Notes: generated by a model not told the origin, from the letters alone. Shown: positions 24,627 to 35,154, counted from the stretch's first letter. The stretch is 45,367 bases of DNA from a virus (IMGVR_UViG_3300042922_001044:1-45367), one strand, 5' to 3'. Program-made: numbers and translations.

Positions 24627-25166
24627 TTATAGAAACTTTGCAACGTCTACTTTTGGGTATGCAGGTCTTTTTACAGAGAAAGTTATCCAACCATACCAGA
24701 AGGGGTACGGTTGTTCCTGATACATTCCTGATTTAACTGGATAAACTAAAGGCACAGAGTTTTTTATTACCTGTGCCTTTATAAGTTTAGCCGTGGTCCT
24801 ATCCAATAGGTTTAGCAAATCAACATATCCTTGAAAATCTGCTTTAAACTCTGTTGTTGAAGCCTCCGCCACACCAGCTATTTTATGCATGCCTGGACTG
24901 TAAACCGCTGCGCTTATCCGGATGTTGATTTCTCCCTCATTTCCATCATCGCTACTGTCTTCAAGTCCAACAAGTAAACAAGGGATAGTATGAGTTAATC
25001 CTTCTGGAATACATCCATTAGGCGGCAACCATCCTATAAATACCTGAGGATTAACCAGCTCATACGAGTCAACATTATTGTCACTAGCCTTCTGAAGTTT
25101 TATTTTAGGAGCAACCTCTTCTTCAAGGAACTCTTTTATTTTACCTAGAATCGTTACTGTTGACAT
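24627..25166 (-). CDS. Tail completion/terminator protein
   Basis: Directly upstream of the sheath gene; EQPYPFWYGW. Confidence 0.65.
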   Translation of the reverse strand: MSTVTILGKIKEFLEEEVAPKIKLQKASDNNVDSYELVNPQVFIGWLPPNGCIPEGLTHTIPCLLVGLEDSSDDGNEGEINIRISAAVYSPGMHKIAGVAEASTTEFKADFQGYVDLLNLLDRTTAKLIKAQVIKNSVPLVYPVKSGMYQEQPYPFWYGWITFSVKRPAYPKVDVAKFL

Positions 25167-25167
25167 G

Positions 25168-25791
25168 TTATCCCTTCTTTATATCATTTTTCATTTTATC
25201 TAATCGATAATTAACCTCATGTGTAATACGTTCTTCAAGCTTTTCATTAGCAATTTTCTGTATCTGCTCTCCCACACCTTCATTACCTATCATCTGTGGA
25301 ATTGAAAGAGTTCTAATAATCTTTATAGGAAGTCGTTTGCTTCCTATTCTGCGAAATATATTGTATTGTACTTTATCATCACTCTTCGCTCCAGTAGATG
25401 CAACAAACGGCTTTGGGTTTGTGTTTATTGTTTGATTGCCGTTGCCCTTCTTGATCGTTGCTTTAACTTTATACTTTTTCCCTGATGTTGCAGGTTGTTT
25501 GGGGCTATGAGGGAAATTTGCTAATGACAACGTATGACCTTTTGAAGTAATACTAGCGGTTAAATCAGTTTTAGTAGGCCGTTTGATGCCTCCACTAAAG
25601 CTGTTTTTAACGTCCTTGGACTTAACAGCATAAGCTTTTGGCACAATACGGCCTACTTGAGTTATTGCGTGATCAAGAGTTCGGTTAAGTGCACTAAATA
25701 CGGCTCCAGGTATCTGTTTCTCAAAACCCTTTAGTTCAATAGTTAATCGATTTAACTGTTTTGTATCAACAAATACTTGATCTTTTGCCAT
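25168..25791 (-). CDS. Lambda gpZ-like minor tail protein
   Basis: Basic protein; SALNRT...RLPIKIIRTLSIPQM; synteny. Confidence 0.75.
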   Translation of the reverse strand: MAKDQVFVDTKQLNRLTIELKGFEKQIPGAVFSALNRTLDHAITQVGRIVPKAYAVKSKDVKNSFSGGIKRPTKTDLTASITSKGHTLSLANFPHSPKQPATSGKKYKVKATIKKGNGNQTINTNPKPFVASTGAKSDDKVQYNIFRRIGSKRLPIKIIRTLSIPQMIGNEGVGEQIQKIANEKLEERITHEVNYRLDKMKNDIKKG

Positions 25792-25792
25792 A

Positions 25793-26104
25793 CTAAGCAC
25801 CATACCTTCGTAATATTATCTCGTACATACCTTCATCAACTCTTACATCAAATACCTCGCATAACTTATTATCAAATTTTTGCACTGCATCTACCTTAGG
25901 AGGAGGACCATAATCTTCTGCAGATACAAAATAAAGCAGCTCACCCACAGATATCCCATCAAACTCTTTCTTGCTTCGTTGCATCAATCTATCATTATCA
26001 ACGATTACATTTAAGGTTCGACCATCTATAGTGTGGGCAGCTGCAAACTCATTTGAGTCTATGAAGATTTGTAGGTCTCGTTCTGCAAATTCCTTGAAAT
26101 TCAT
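25793..26104 (-). CDS. Head closure protein (FII-like)
   Basis: MNFKEFAERDLQIFIDSNEFA..HTIDG; synteny. Confidence 0.7.
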   Translation of the reverse strand: MNFKEFAERDLQIFIDSNEFAAAHTIDGRTLNVIVDNDRLMQRSKKEFDGISVGELLYFVSAEDYGPPPKVDAVQKFDNKLCEVFDVRVDEGMYEIILRRYGA

Positions 26105-26120
26105 AATAGCACCTACTTTG

Positions 26121-26567
26121 TTATTGAGCTCCTGTTATAATTGTATCTCCAACATTGAAATTTCCTACTAACCCTTTAGTATCTTCTGGGTTAGTGTTGC
26201 TGTGATCATTGTCATTATTGTCTTCGCCATTGGCATCTTCTTTTGACAACTCAGAAGCACGTTTACTAATTGCTTCAAGCACAGTCTTCCTTTTCTTGTC
26301 TGCGGTCTCTTCTTCCATCAGTTTCTTAAGCAATTCAATGTCTTCAATTGTAGCAATATACTTGGCCACATAATCAACATTGCCTTCAGGAATAAGCTTA
26401 TCATCCTGTTTAGTTTGCTTAACTTTTTGTGCAACTGTATGCTCATATTCAGCTATGCCAGAGGCAACAAGACTGGCCTCCTCTTTTTCAGAAAGGCCAG
26501 AAAATGGTTCCCCTATTTCGTACGTCTTACGATTGAATCTTAGTTTAGTGGTTTTACCTTTGATCAT
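26121..26567 (-). CDS. Capsid-downstream hypothetical protein (FI-like position)
   Basis: KTYEIGEPF...LVASGIA; KRKTVLEAI. Confidence 0.6.
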   Translation of the reverse strand: MIKGKTTKLRFNRKTYEIGEPFSGLSEKEEASLVASGIAEYEHTVAQKVKQTKQDDKLIPEGNVDYVAKYIATIEDIELLKKLMEEETADKKRKTVLEAISKRASELSKEDANGEDNNDNDHSNTNPEDTKGLVGNFNVGDTIITGAQ

Positions 26568-26582
26568 CTTACATCACCCTCC

Positions 26583-27635
26583 TTAATAAACGACAGCGAC
26601 ATACCAGTCGTCTATGTCTTCAGGCACTGGCAACGGTCTTGAGCTGACCTTAACCATCTTAACTTCGTTGTTTTTGTCTGCCCAAACTTTAGGTACTCTC
26701 TCGCCTTCGATAGTAACAAAGTCTTCACTTTCATCCATCTGGGTGATAGCACCATACATTCTTTTTGCCATGCCGACTCTTGCAAGAAGAATTGTTTTTT
26801 CAGGCATCATTGGTTGCTCTACACCAGCGTCATCGATGAACCACTCATCATAGCTGTATATTTCAAGACCAAGGCCTGAAAGTGTTCCGATATAAGTTAC
26901 TGCATCATCCTTTATTTTAGGCTCTACAGTTCCAAATTTCATATTGTACATGTTAAACATCTTTTGGATTGCAGCATCTGCAACAAAAATGTCAACAACA
27001 TCAGATGCCATAATGCAGACATTTGGAGCTTTTCCTGAAGATTTAATTACTGCCAATCTCCAACTCTTAAGATCTTCATATTTCTTAGATGTCGCTTGGT
27101 CCCATTTGTCTACACCAAGTAAAGTCTCTTTGTTTGTCAGTGCATAGTCAACTTCCTGCTCTATGTACTCACCAGAAGTTTCATCTATTATGCCTTTCAT
27201 TGTAACCTTACCATTGATAAGAACTTCACGGCACATCCATTCCTCTCTGCGAGTGATCATTTCATCAAGCTCAGAAAGGTCTTTACCTAACAGTTGCCCG
27301 GCTCTTTCTTCAGGTGTAGTTCTGCTGTATACATTTTCCCCCATGGCTCTGGATGAGATGTCATCCTTAGTCAAGACTCTTTGTGGAGCCATTCTTGGTA
27401 TTTTGTAATTTCTAGTTGAGAAACCTTGTCTATTCATTGTAACCCCACCAACTCTAGGAGCTACAAAAGGAGCCATTTTTCTTTTACCCTTTTTGAAATC
27501 GACATCAATGTTCTCAGTTACATGGGTTTCCACAAAACTAAAAAATGTGTCTCTGAAAAAAGTTCTTACTGGCTTCATTTTTTCAATTGCCGCCATCATG
27601 GTTCTAGTTTGATAGATTTCAATTACATTTGCCAT
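26583..27635 (-). CDS. Major capsid protein (lambda E-like)
   Basis: FFRDTFF...KMAPFVAP...ITRREEWMC...SRPLPVP. Confidence 0.93.
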   Translation of the reverse strand: MANVIEIYQTRTMMAAIEKMKPVRTFFRDTFFSFVETHVTENIDVDFKKGKRKMAPFVAPRVGGVTMNRQGFSTRNYKIPRMAPQRVLTKDDISSRAMGENVYSRTTPEERAGQLLGKDLSELDEMITRREEWMCREVLINGKVTMKGIIDETSGEYIEQEVDYALTNKETLLGVDKWDQATSKKYEDLKSWRLAVIKSSGKAPNVCIMASDVVDIFVADAAIQKMFNMYNMKFGTVEPKIKDDAVTYIGTLSGLGLEIYSYDEWFIDDAGVEQPMMPEKTILLARVGMAKRMYGAITQMDESEDFVTIEGERVPKVWADKNNEVKMVKVSSRPLPVPEDIDDWYVAVVY

Positions 27636-27653
27636 TTATTAATCCTCCAATCC

Positions 27654-28025
27654 TTAATATGCTATGTTGTCTTTTAAGAATATGCCGTATTGTCTCAAGC
27701 TGTCCTCATGATCAGCTGCTGTATTAGCAGCAGGGAAGATAAGCGCTTCACGGTTAAACAATCCGGATTGATAACACTGAGCAACCACATCAGCTGTTGT
27801 ATCTACATCGTCAGCTAATATGAATTTTGCAATTTCTGAGCCATCTACAGATGCTTTTGCAACATGTTTTCCTTTGCCACTAGCAGTGATTATACCAATT
27901 ACACTGCCTCTTTTAAGAACGCCTTGTCCTGCCAAGATTGTAATTCCATTGAGTTGAATAGGCACATTTTCTCCAGCAATAAGATTATCTGGAGCGAAAG
28001 TTCCGATTTCTTCATACATTTTCAT
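27654..28025 (-). CDS. Head decoration protein (lambda D-like)
   Basis: LKRGSVIG...ILADDVD...YQSGLFNREAL. Confidence 0.88.
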   Translation of the reverse strand: MKMYEEIGTFAPDNLIAGENVPIQLNGITILAGQGVLKRGSVIGIITASGKGKHVAKASVDGSEIAKFILADDVDTTADVVAQCYQSGLFNREALIFPAANTAADHEDSLRQYGIFLKDNIAY

Positions 28026-29203
28026 TATTTGTTCCTCCTTTTATCTCCACCTGCAGCAATTAGATCAACTGCTTTGTTGGTGGCTTCTTTCTTTTCTTCT
28101 TCAGTTTTCTGTTCTATTGGAGTTGCTACAACCTTTGCTGCCCCAGATTTGTTTGAATCATCTACTAAGTTAGCCAAGTATGCATTGCCCTTGTTACCAT
28201 CTAACTGCATAGCTTGAAAAGCTAATTCCTTAGCATCAATTGGCTCTGTAAACTTTGCCTTATCAACTAGCAGTGGATCCACATTCTTGGCTATCTTCTC
28301 GATGTCCTGAATTCTAGTTCTTTCTACGTTGACTGCTGATGTAGCTGCGGCTGTTTCAATTTGATTAACAAGTTCTGGATAAGCTTTTTTCAAATCGTCG
28401 ATATTTTTTATTTCCATCTCTTCATTTACCTCCTGGTTATTTATTATATTTGCAACAGGCACTGGTGTAGCCGGTACCTGTGGTGCACCTTTTAAGAAAT
28501 CTAATACTCTTTGAACCAGCGAAGGTTCAGGTTGGCTTTCTGTAGATTGCTCATTTGTAAGCTGTGGCCTAGTTTTGTACTTTGACAAATCATGACTTAC
28601 ATTATTAACAACGAATAAGTTGCCGTTAAGCACTGCTTTATTTGAGGTCGTTGTGGAGGTTTCCACCTTATCCGCAAAGCCCTCTTTTACTGCATCCTCG
28701 CCAGTCATCCAAGTTTCATCATCCATCATCTTTGATATAGTCTTTTTGTCTTTGCCTGTTTTAGCAACATAAGCATTAATTATTCCATCTTTTATAACGT
28801 TAAGAGTTTCAGCCATCTTCTCAAAGTCTTTTGCTTCACCCCACGCTACAGATGATGGATTGTGTATCATTAAAAATGATGTTGCCGGCACTATTATTTC
28901 ATTGCCTGCCATAGCAACCACACTTGCGGCCGAAGCAGCTAATCCCTCAACTTTTACGATGATGTTTGCCGTATGATCCTTAAGCATTTGATATATAGCA
29001 TGTCCAGCAAAAACGTCTCCGCCACCAGAGTTTATTCTTACTGTTATGTTCTTTACATCGCCTAAGTCTTTTAAATCTTGTGCGAATTTCTTTGAGGATA
29101 CTACATCATCCCACCAAGAGCTTTCAGCTATATAACCATAAAGCAGAAGTTCTCCTTCAATGTCTGAGACGTTTCTAAAATTCCAAAAGTTATTTTTACT
29201 CAT
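28025..29203 (-). CDS. ClpP-like prohead protease with C-terminal scaffold region
   Basis: INSGGGDV, GLAASAAS, MIHNP, ETWMT..AV..GFAD. Confidence 0.92.
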   Translation of the reverse strand: MSKNNFWNFRNVSDIEGELLLYGYIAESSWWDDVVSSKKFAQDLKDLGDVKNITVRINSGGGDVFAGHAIYQMLKDHTANIIVKVEGLAASAASVVAMAGNEIIVPATSFLMIHNPSSVAWGEAKDFEKMAETLNVIKDGIINAYVAKTGKDKKTISKMMDDETWMTGEDAVKEGFADKVETSTTTSNKAVLNGNLFVVNNVSHDLSKYKTRPQLTNEQSTESQPEPSLVQRVLDFLKGAPQVPATPVPVANIINNQEVNEEMEIKNIDDLKKAYPELVNQIETAAATSAVNVERTRIQDIEKIAKNVDPLLVDKAKFTEPIDAKELAFQAMQLDGNKGNAYLANLVDDSNKSGAAKVVATPIEQKTEEEKKEATNKAVDLIAAGGDKRRNK

Positions 29204-30812
29204 TAATTGTATTTCCTCCTTCCTGAATTCCTCGGGCTTGTTTTAAAAGCTCATTTTCTCTTTGTACCTGGGCAATGTTCTTGTCCCAATTCCCACCTGT
29301 TAATCCAATAGTCTCTTCCTCTCGAGTCGAATATCCCTGCTCAACTCTCAATGTTGCGGCTGTAACTTCCTTTACAGGGTCAATCTGACCTGGAGCAGGT
29401 CCATTCCAATCAGCTTTACTCCATGCTTTTCTTATAGACGGATCATTGAAGAATCCTGGAGCCTTTACCCTTCCCAATGCAACTGCTTCAGACAACCAAA
29501 GTTCGTATACTGGCTGACAGAAGTCATTTGCAAACCAAGTGCGACGCATTCTAAATGACTTCCAAGCCTCTAATAACGCTGCTCTGGAAGCAGAATAGCT
29601 GGCTAAGAAAGATTTCGTGAGTAACTCGGATGGAATTTCAAGTGCAGCTCCCATCAACCTAGTCATGGCTGTAACAAATGTGTCAAATCCACTACTCGGC
29701 CTTTTAGGGTCTGCAAATACTACATCTTCATTTGGCCCTAAAACATTTATACTTCCGGAACCCAATTCATAATCGTTAGGATCAGAAGATACCTGTTCAT
29801 CTTCTAGTATTGAACCCGAAAGTGGATTATCACTTTTGGGTCCTTCGACCTTAATAAAGGCAGTAAAAAATGACTGCACTACTGCAGCCATCAATTCAGC
29901 TTCTGTATATCTACTTATCTGTTTTAATACCTCGACTACCGGCGCTAGATAAGGAACTCCCCTATATTGTTCACATCTCTCAGACTCCATAAGGTGTAAA
30001 ATGTTAGGCTGTCCAGTCTTCTTCCCATAAGCCTCAACTCTCTGCCATTTTATTAATTCACCATTTGTTAACGAACTATTAGGGTATTGGTTGCAAATGT
30101 GATAAGCAATGATTGCTCCGTCACTGTCAATTTCCACACCGTTATATACTCTGTTCCCTGCTTTAGTCTTTCCTATTAAACCATATGAGTTAACATTGTT
30201 TGGATTGCTTACTCTATCTGCTTCAATCAGGTGTAATCTCAGACCATAAGGCATCCATGGGGTTGGTTCTGCATGCTTTATTATCCCAATGCCATCACCA
30301 TTTAAAAGCCAAGATATTAAAGCCAATTGCTGAAGCTCATAGAAATTATTCAACCTTTGTGCATCACACCAAAAGGATTCTGCCCATAGCTCAAATTCTC
30401 TCTCGGTATTTATTTCCCATTCATCAGCCTGTTCTTTGGTGATTCCTAAAAACTTATAATCAATTCTTCCTTTTAGCTTGAGCCCAGCACCAACAACATT
30501 TGTACGCTGTGTTTTTATGGCCGATGTAGCTAGAGGAGCTGACATAAATAAATCTCGAGATCTTTGACGCAAGGTGTCAAGATTCAGATCAATGTCTTCC
30601 TGTGGAGTTTTACTGTTTACTTTCCAGCCTTTCATTGACTTCTTACTTCTACTAGCACCACTTTCAGAGTAACCAGAGTTAGTAAAACTTTTCATAATTT
30701 GCGCCTGAGCTTTCGCCACTTCAATCCTCGTCCTAGACTGCTCTATGTCAGCCTTAGCGGCAAGTTCTCTTGCTTTTGATTCTGCAATGTTTGCCTTTTC
30801 TAATGGGTCCAA
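29196..30812 (-). CDS. Portal protein (lambda family)
   Basis: LRQRSRDL...QYRGVPYLAPV...SYSASRAALLE...IDPVKE. Confidence 0.93.
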   Translation of the reverse strand: MDPLEKANIAESKARELAAKADIEQSRTRIEVAKAQAQIMKSFTNSGYSESGASRSKKSMKGWKVNSKTPQEDIDLNLDTLRQRSRDLFMSAPLATSAIKTQRTNVVGAGLKLKGRIDYKFLGITKEQADEWEINTEREFELWAESFWCDAQRLNNFYELQQLALISWLLNGDGIGIIKHAEPTPWMPYGLRLHLIEADRVSNPNNVNSYGLIGKTKAGNRVYNGVEIDSDGAIIAYHICNQYPNSSLTNGELIKWQRVEAYGKKTGQPNILHLMESERCEQYRGVPYLAPVVEVLKQISRYTEAELMAAVVQSFFTAFIKVEGPKSDNPLSGSILEDEQVSSDPNDYELGSGSINVLGPNEDVVFADPKRPSSGFDTFVTAMTRLMGAALEIPSELLTKSFLASYSASRAALLEAWKSFRMRRTWFANDFCQPVYELWLSEAVALGRVKAPGFFNDPSIRKAWSKADWNGPAPGQIDPVKEVTAATLRVEQGYSTREEETIGLTGGNWDKNIAQVQRENELLKQARGIQEGGNTINE

Positions 30813-30825
30813 CTATTTCACCTCC

Positions 30826-31077
30826 TTATAAATCCCTTGGAATTATTCGAAATGCTTTGCGAGGTCCTTTGCCATTGCTATCAATCTGCTTTTGCAGCTC
30901 TATGCATTTATTTTCAAGCTGTACAATATTATCTTTAATCTCTTTTAAGTCAGCTCTTCTTAATCTTCTGCTCCCAATACTGTATTCTTGCCCTGTAAGT
31001 ACTGCTTCTTCTGCTGCTAAATACAAATCTAATCTTCTTTTTGCACTTTCAAGCCTAAGTTTTAACTCATCGCTCAT
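30826..31077 (-). CDS. gpW-like head completion protein (DUF6148-like)
   Basis: RLDLYLAAEEAVLTGQEYSIGSRRLRRADL. Confidence 0.8.
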   Translation of the reverse strand: MSDELKLRLESAKRRLDLYLAAEEAVLTGQEYSIGSRRLRRADLKEIKDNIVQLENKCIELQKQIDSNGKGPRKAFRIIPRDL

Positions 31078-31094
31078 GATTTACCCCCTGAATG

Positions 31095-32954
31095 TTATAT
31101 TTCATCACTTCTTTTTACTACACCACGCTTTCTTTGCGGCTTTTTAGGAGCCAAATTCAATGCCTTTACCCCTAAAATAGCAGCATTTTGCAGCCGTTTT
31201 TCAACCTCTTCAAGGTTGGGATTGAGTATTTCAAAGGCTGCTTGAGCGTAATTCCTCAAGTCAAGAGGCTCATTTCTCTTAGTTGCTGCAGCGACTTTCT
31301 CCCAAATTAGCCTTATTTGACCTCTTTGCTTACGTCTTACCAGCTTTTCAGATATAAGACCTTTGAAATATATGCGGTCATAGCCTCTACTATCGTCATC
31401 AGGATAATGACAATAGCCTGCGCCGGGTTCTTTAATCTTGAGTCTGCCCATAATCTTAGCTTTACCAGTATCAACACCTAAAATAAATACCGCAGCATTT
31501 TCTTCCTTGCTGCGGTACAGTTTATATAGCAGGGGATAGCCAGAGCCCCCCATACCTTTTATAGCAAATATCCTTCTATGCTCATTTCTCTTGCAGAACT
31601 TATAAACCTCTCCGGTAAAGTGTCCTCCAGAGTCAACGCAAGTGCATGATATCTTCAAGCCAATCCCATTTTCAAAATGATATACAGTATCAAGCTTGTC
31701 AGAAAGCAATTGCCATGTTTCCTTAGAATCAGGGGCACCCATAATAAGACCCTTCTCGATACCCCAAGTTTCTTCTCCCTTGCCATAACCTACGACTTCA
31801 TATTCTAGTCTGTCATCTTGAACGTCAACTGCAGCTGTTAATATTAAGACTCCTTCAGGCAACTCAGCAGGGTATTTTTCTCTTCTTTCAAGTAATATAT
31901 CCTCACTTTCAAACTCGCCTTCTTCTTCCCATGGCTCACCAAATATAGTATTCTTAACAACTTTATGCTTTTCAGGGTCTTTTTTATCCTTTAGCCAGGT
32001 AACAACTATATCTTCCCATCTCCACCATGGAGAGACAAAAGCATTTACATGAAAGCTTCTTACCTTTTCTGCACTTGGATTATCTGCAATATACTTGCCT
32101 TCTGTATTGTTCCAATCAAATTCATCAAACTCAGCACCACAATGAGAGCATTTATATACTATATTCCATACTTTGTAGTTGCCTTTTTCATCCTTCGTGT
32201 AATCAAACTTGATACCATGAATGTTTATATATTCATATGAGCCACAATCAGGGCACTTCTTACACCATTTTTCTTGGGTACCACCTAAATACTCTTCTTC
32301 AATCCGGCATACATCTTTTATACCAGGAGTTGATACAAATATCTTCTTACGGTTAAAGAATGTTATTGTTCTTTTTTCACCAAGTCCCAATGGATCTCCC
32401 TCATCGCCAGCTGATACAGGGAAACGCCCAATCTCATCACCGATTAATATTCTTATAGGCTTTGAAGCCAGCCCACTTGGACTATTCGCACCTACAAGTG
32501 ATAAGGATCCTCCAGGGAATACTTTGTTTAATATTGTGTTATTACTGGTTCGGCTCTTCTTGTCAGCTATTTTTTCTCTCAACACTTTTGTATCTCTGAA
32601 TAATGGATCTAATCGTCTTTTCGAGTAATCTTCCGCTAGTTCAAGTGTTGGTTCTATTAGCATCATGGGACAGGGATCAATATCTATAAAATATCCAATG
32701 ATATTATTGATTATTTCGTTCTTTCCCGCTTGCGAGCAGGTCATCATGACAATCTTTTCTATAAGTGGATCATTAACTGAGTCCATAATATCAACTTGGT
32801 ATGGAGCTCTGTCGTTACTCCACTTACCGGGTTCTGCTGATGATTCAGAAGAAAGCACTCTGTTTTGCTCGGCCCATTGACTAACTGTAATCTGTGGGGG
32901 CGGAGCAATCGATTTAATTATTCGCCTAAATAGACTAATTGTCTTCTTCTTCAT
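31095..32954 (-). CDS. terL: Terminase large subunit (GpA family)
   Basis: SQAGKNE Walker A, LIGDEI Walker B, STP, VDVQDDR, VDSGG, RNEPLD. Confidence 0.96.
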   Translation of the reverse strand: MKKKTISLFRRIIKSIAPPPQITVSQWAEQNRVLSSESSAEPGKWSNDRAPYQVDIMDSVNDPLIEKIVMMTCSQAGKNEIINNIIGYFIDIDPCPMMLIEPTLELAEDYSKRRLDPLFRDTKVLREKIADKKSRTSNNTILNKVFPGGSLSLVGANSPSGLASKPIRILIGDEIGRFPVSAGDEGDPLGLGEKRTITFFNRKKIFVSTPGIKDVCRIEEEYLGGTQEKWCKKCPDCGSYEYINIHGIKFDYTKDEKGNYKVWNIVYKCSHCGAEFDEFDWNNTEGKYIADNPSAEKVRSFHVNAFVSPWWRWEDIVVTWLKDKKDPEKHKVVKNTIFGEPWEEEGEFESEDILLERREKYPAELPEGVLILTAAVDVQDDRLEYEVVGYGKGEETWGIEKGLIMGAPDSKETWQLLSDKLDTVYHFENGIGLKISCTCVDSGGHFTGEVYKFCKRNEHRRIFAIKGMGGSGYPLLYKLYRSKEENAAVFILGVDTGKAKIMGRLKIKEPGAGYCHYPDDDSRGYDRIYFKGLISEKLVRRKQRGQIRLIWEKVAAATKRNEPLDLRNYAQAAFEILNPNLEEVEKRLQNAAILGVKALNLAPKKPQRKRGVVKRSDEI

Positions 32955-33444
32955 CCTCCACACCCTCAATCTCATTACAAAACATTACTGGTTCATAATC
33001 TGAAAGTTCTTCTAATGCTTCTTTTATAGCTTTTTCAAGTTCATGACTAATAACATTAATGCTTTTCTGCCTTACTAATTTACCAGCAAGCCTAGAAGGT
33101 AAGCCTAGCATTTTACTTCTGAAATTAACTAACATGTTTGTCATTACTTGTTCAACATCTTTAGCGTCATGCAGTTGGCCTTTAACCTTAGCATTAATCA
33201 TTTCTGCCTTTTCCCTCTTAGCTTTTTCATGCAATGCTTTTTCCACATCATAATCTGCATTGCTGGAGGGTTGCAGTTTCCATGTATAGTATAATTCTAT
33301 GTTTTTAGATAGCTCAAATTTGCCATTAGAGGTTTTTAATAGCACGTCATCCGTCTCTAATTGCTGTACTCTTCTTTGAGTTATTCCGAGCACCTTAGAT
33401 AAATCAGAGGAAGTAACAAATATAGGCAACATTTTCGCCACCAC
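32935..33444 (-). CDS. terS: Terminase small subunit (Nu1-like)
   Basis: N-terminal wHTH LSKVLGITQRRVQQL and coiled coil; overlaps terL. Confidence 0.88.
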   Translation of the reverse strand: MVAKMLPIFVTSSDLSKVLGITQRRVQQLETDDVLLKTSNGKFELSKNIELYYTWKLQPSSNADYDVEKALHEKAKREKAEMINAKVKGQLHDAKDVEQVMTNMLVNFRSKMLGLPSRLAGKLVRQKSINVISHELEKAIKEALEELSDYEPVMFCNEIEGVEDEEEDN

Positions 33445-33475
33445 CTTCGTTTTTGTTTAATTAATGTAAGAATGC

Positions 33476-33569
33476 CAGATACGCACGAAATGAATAATTT
33501 TTTTTTTGTATCTGCACGAAATCCGGGACTCGCCAGCACCGCAATAGAAACAAAGTGCCAGAAGTACCT
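33476..33569 (-). other. Putative lambda-like cos region (cosQ-cosN-cosB)
   Basis: Minus strand: AGGTACT, 18 nt, TTGCGGTGCTGGCGAGTCCCG, then ATTTCGTGC twice; directly upstream of terS. Confidence 0.65.
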
Positions 33570-33573
33570 ACGA

Positions 33574-33735
33574 TTACAGTAGCAATGAAAAGATTGTAAT
33601 TCCTCCAGCTGTTAGTATAGCCCATAACACTACAACCACAATACCAATACTAATACATATCAAGTCTTTTAACATTAACTTATTATCTTTAGTATTACAT
33701 CCTGGGACGCTTGGTGCTTTAGGTATTGCACTCAT
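33574..33735 (-). CDS. Small membrane protein (53 aa), missed by the ORF track
   Basis: RBS AGGAG; long hydrophobic C-terminal segment. Confidence 0.65.
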   Translation of the reverse strand: MSAIPKAPSVPGCNTKDNKLMLKDLICISIGIVVVVLWAILTAGGITIFSLLL

Positions 33736-33752
33736 ACTCTCAACTCCTAACT

Positions 33753-33789
33753 AAATAAAATGCTGGTGAACGCATTGCGAACACCAGCA
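33753..33789 (-). terminator. Terminator
   Basis: TGCTGGTG...CACCAGCA-TTTTATTT. Confidence 0.75.
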
Positions 33790-33800
33790 AAGGAATGTTT

Positions 33801-34220
33801 TTATACTAATAGGGCCGGGATTACTCCAACTATTTGATCAACGAACAAAATATAGAAATTAGATGTAAGCAACTCTTTTCGATCAAAATTGTAGACTACA
33901 ACATCACTTAAGTACAAGTTGGTTGAATCAATATCATGTCCAAGTTTTTTTTCTTTAGCCTTGACTAAGAAGTCAGTAATCTCCATAATTCCAACGCCTT
34001 CTTTTGCACTGATACGGTTTGCAACTTCCTCATGAAACTTTTCATATTCGACTGTTTCAAAAGGCTTATAGCTACTAATCCTCCCAACTACATAACCAAA
34101 AGAAGTAGCAAATGTTAGGATTGGTTCCAAGTCGCTTTCTTCCTTCTTATTTGTGTTAGCAATGATCCTTACACTATCCGATAAATGTATGATGTATTCC
34201 TTTTTATCCGAGTTATTCAT
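33801..34220 (-). CDS. Hypothetical moron protein
   Basis: 139-aa ORF; RBS AAGGAG; flanked by its own extended -10 and terminator. Confidence 0.75.
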   Translation of the reverse strand: MNNSDKKEYIIHLSDSVRIIANTNKKEESDLEPILTFATSFGYVVGRISSYKPFETVEYEKFHEEVANRISAKEGVGIMEITDFLVKAKEKKLGHDIDSTNLYLSDVVVYNFDRKELLTSNFYILFVDQIVGVIPALLV

Positions 34221-34458
34221 GTAATCATCTCCTTTTATTCCATAATATCACAATAAAGGAGGTTTATCTTAATTATCTTTATTCGACTCAGGTAATTTAA
34301 AAGGCCGGTAATCGCATTACGACATCCGGCGGTCTCTTTGTACGCATGGCACATGAGCTAAAGCAAACTCTTGATCAAAGAGTCAGATTCTCATATTACA
34401 ACAAAGGTAAATGAGCAAATGAGCAAATGAGAAAAAGCCTATTGGCTCTCTCTTAATA

Positions 34459-35154
34459 TTAAATTAAATTGATCATTTTCAGACACATTTCGCCGCTATT
34501 TGTTATTTCGTATGGAGCAAATTTCGTATGAGAAAACATGCTAATATGCTGTATCACAAATCCATCTTTTAATAATTCATTTATACAATAATCAAAACTC
34601 AACTCAGGCATGTCACCTATCTTCTCCTTTTGTTGTTTAATATCATTATCCTTCTCTTCATTTGGCCAACCATGTTCTATGCTATCATCGTATGCAAACT
34701 TTAATACCTTAAAGTGTGCACTAGAGTACTTAATGATTTTATTTAACATACTTAACTTGTGTTCATTTTCATTAAAATCTTTATTTATACAATTTGCAGC
34801 ATATACCGATAGATACTCAATAGACTTCTCATCATAGTTATTCAATACAGATGTTAAAAATAATTTATATAAAAAATATGTTTCTTTTTCTATTCCAGTT
34901 ATTAATTGCATGTCGATTTTTTGCTTTCTATCTAGTTGCTCAATATTTTTATTAACCAGTTTTACTGCATTAGTTAAGTTTTCGAACTCTAATCGATTTG
35001 TATAACTTTGATATACAGAAAAAAACGGGCCTACAACCGCTATATTTTTCATAACTTCTATAATGACATCTTTTATAGCTTTATTTCTCCAAACATGCTC
35101 AAGTGATTCATTAATATCTTCTATGTTCTTAATTAGCATTTCTATTTCATCCAT
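34459..35154 (-). CDS. Hypothetical AT-rich moron protein with C-terminal winged helix (candidate defence protein)
   Basis: KNIAVVG N-terminus; INELLKDGFV...YEITNSG wHTH-like end; own promoter and terminator. Confidence 0.7.
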   Translation of the reverse strand: MDEIEMLIKNIEDINESLEHVWRNKAIKDVIIEVMKNIAVVGPFFSVYQSYTNRLEFENLTNAVKLVNKNIEQLDRKQKIDMQLITGIEKETYFLYKLFLTSVLNNYDEKSIEYLSVYAANCINKDFNENEHKLSMLNKIIKYSSAHFKVLKFAYDDSIEHGWPNEEKDNDIKQQKEKIGDMPELSFDYCINELLKDGFVIQHISMFSHTKFAPYEITNSGEMCLKMINLI

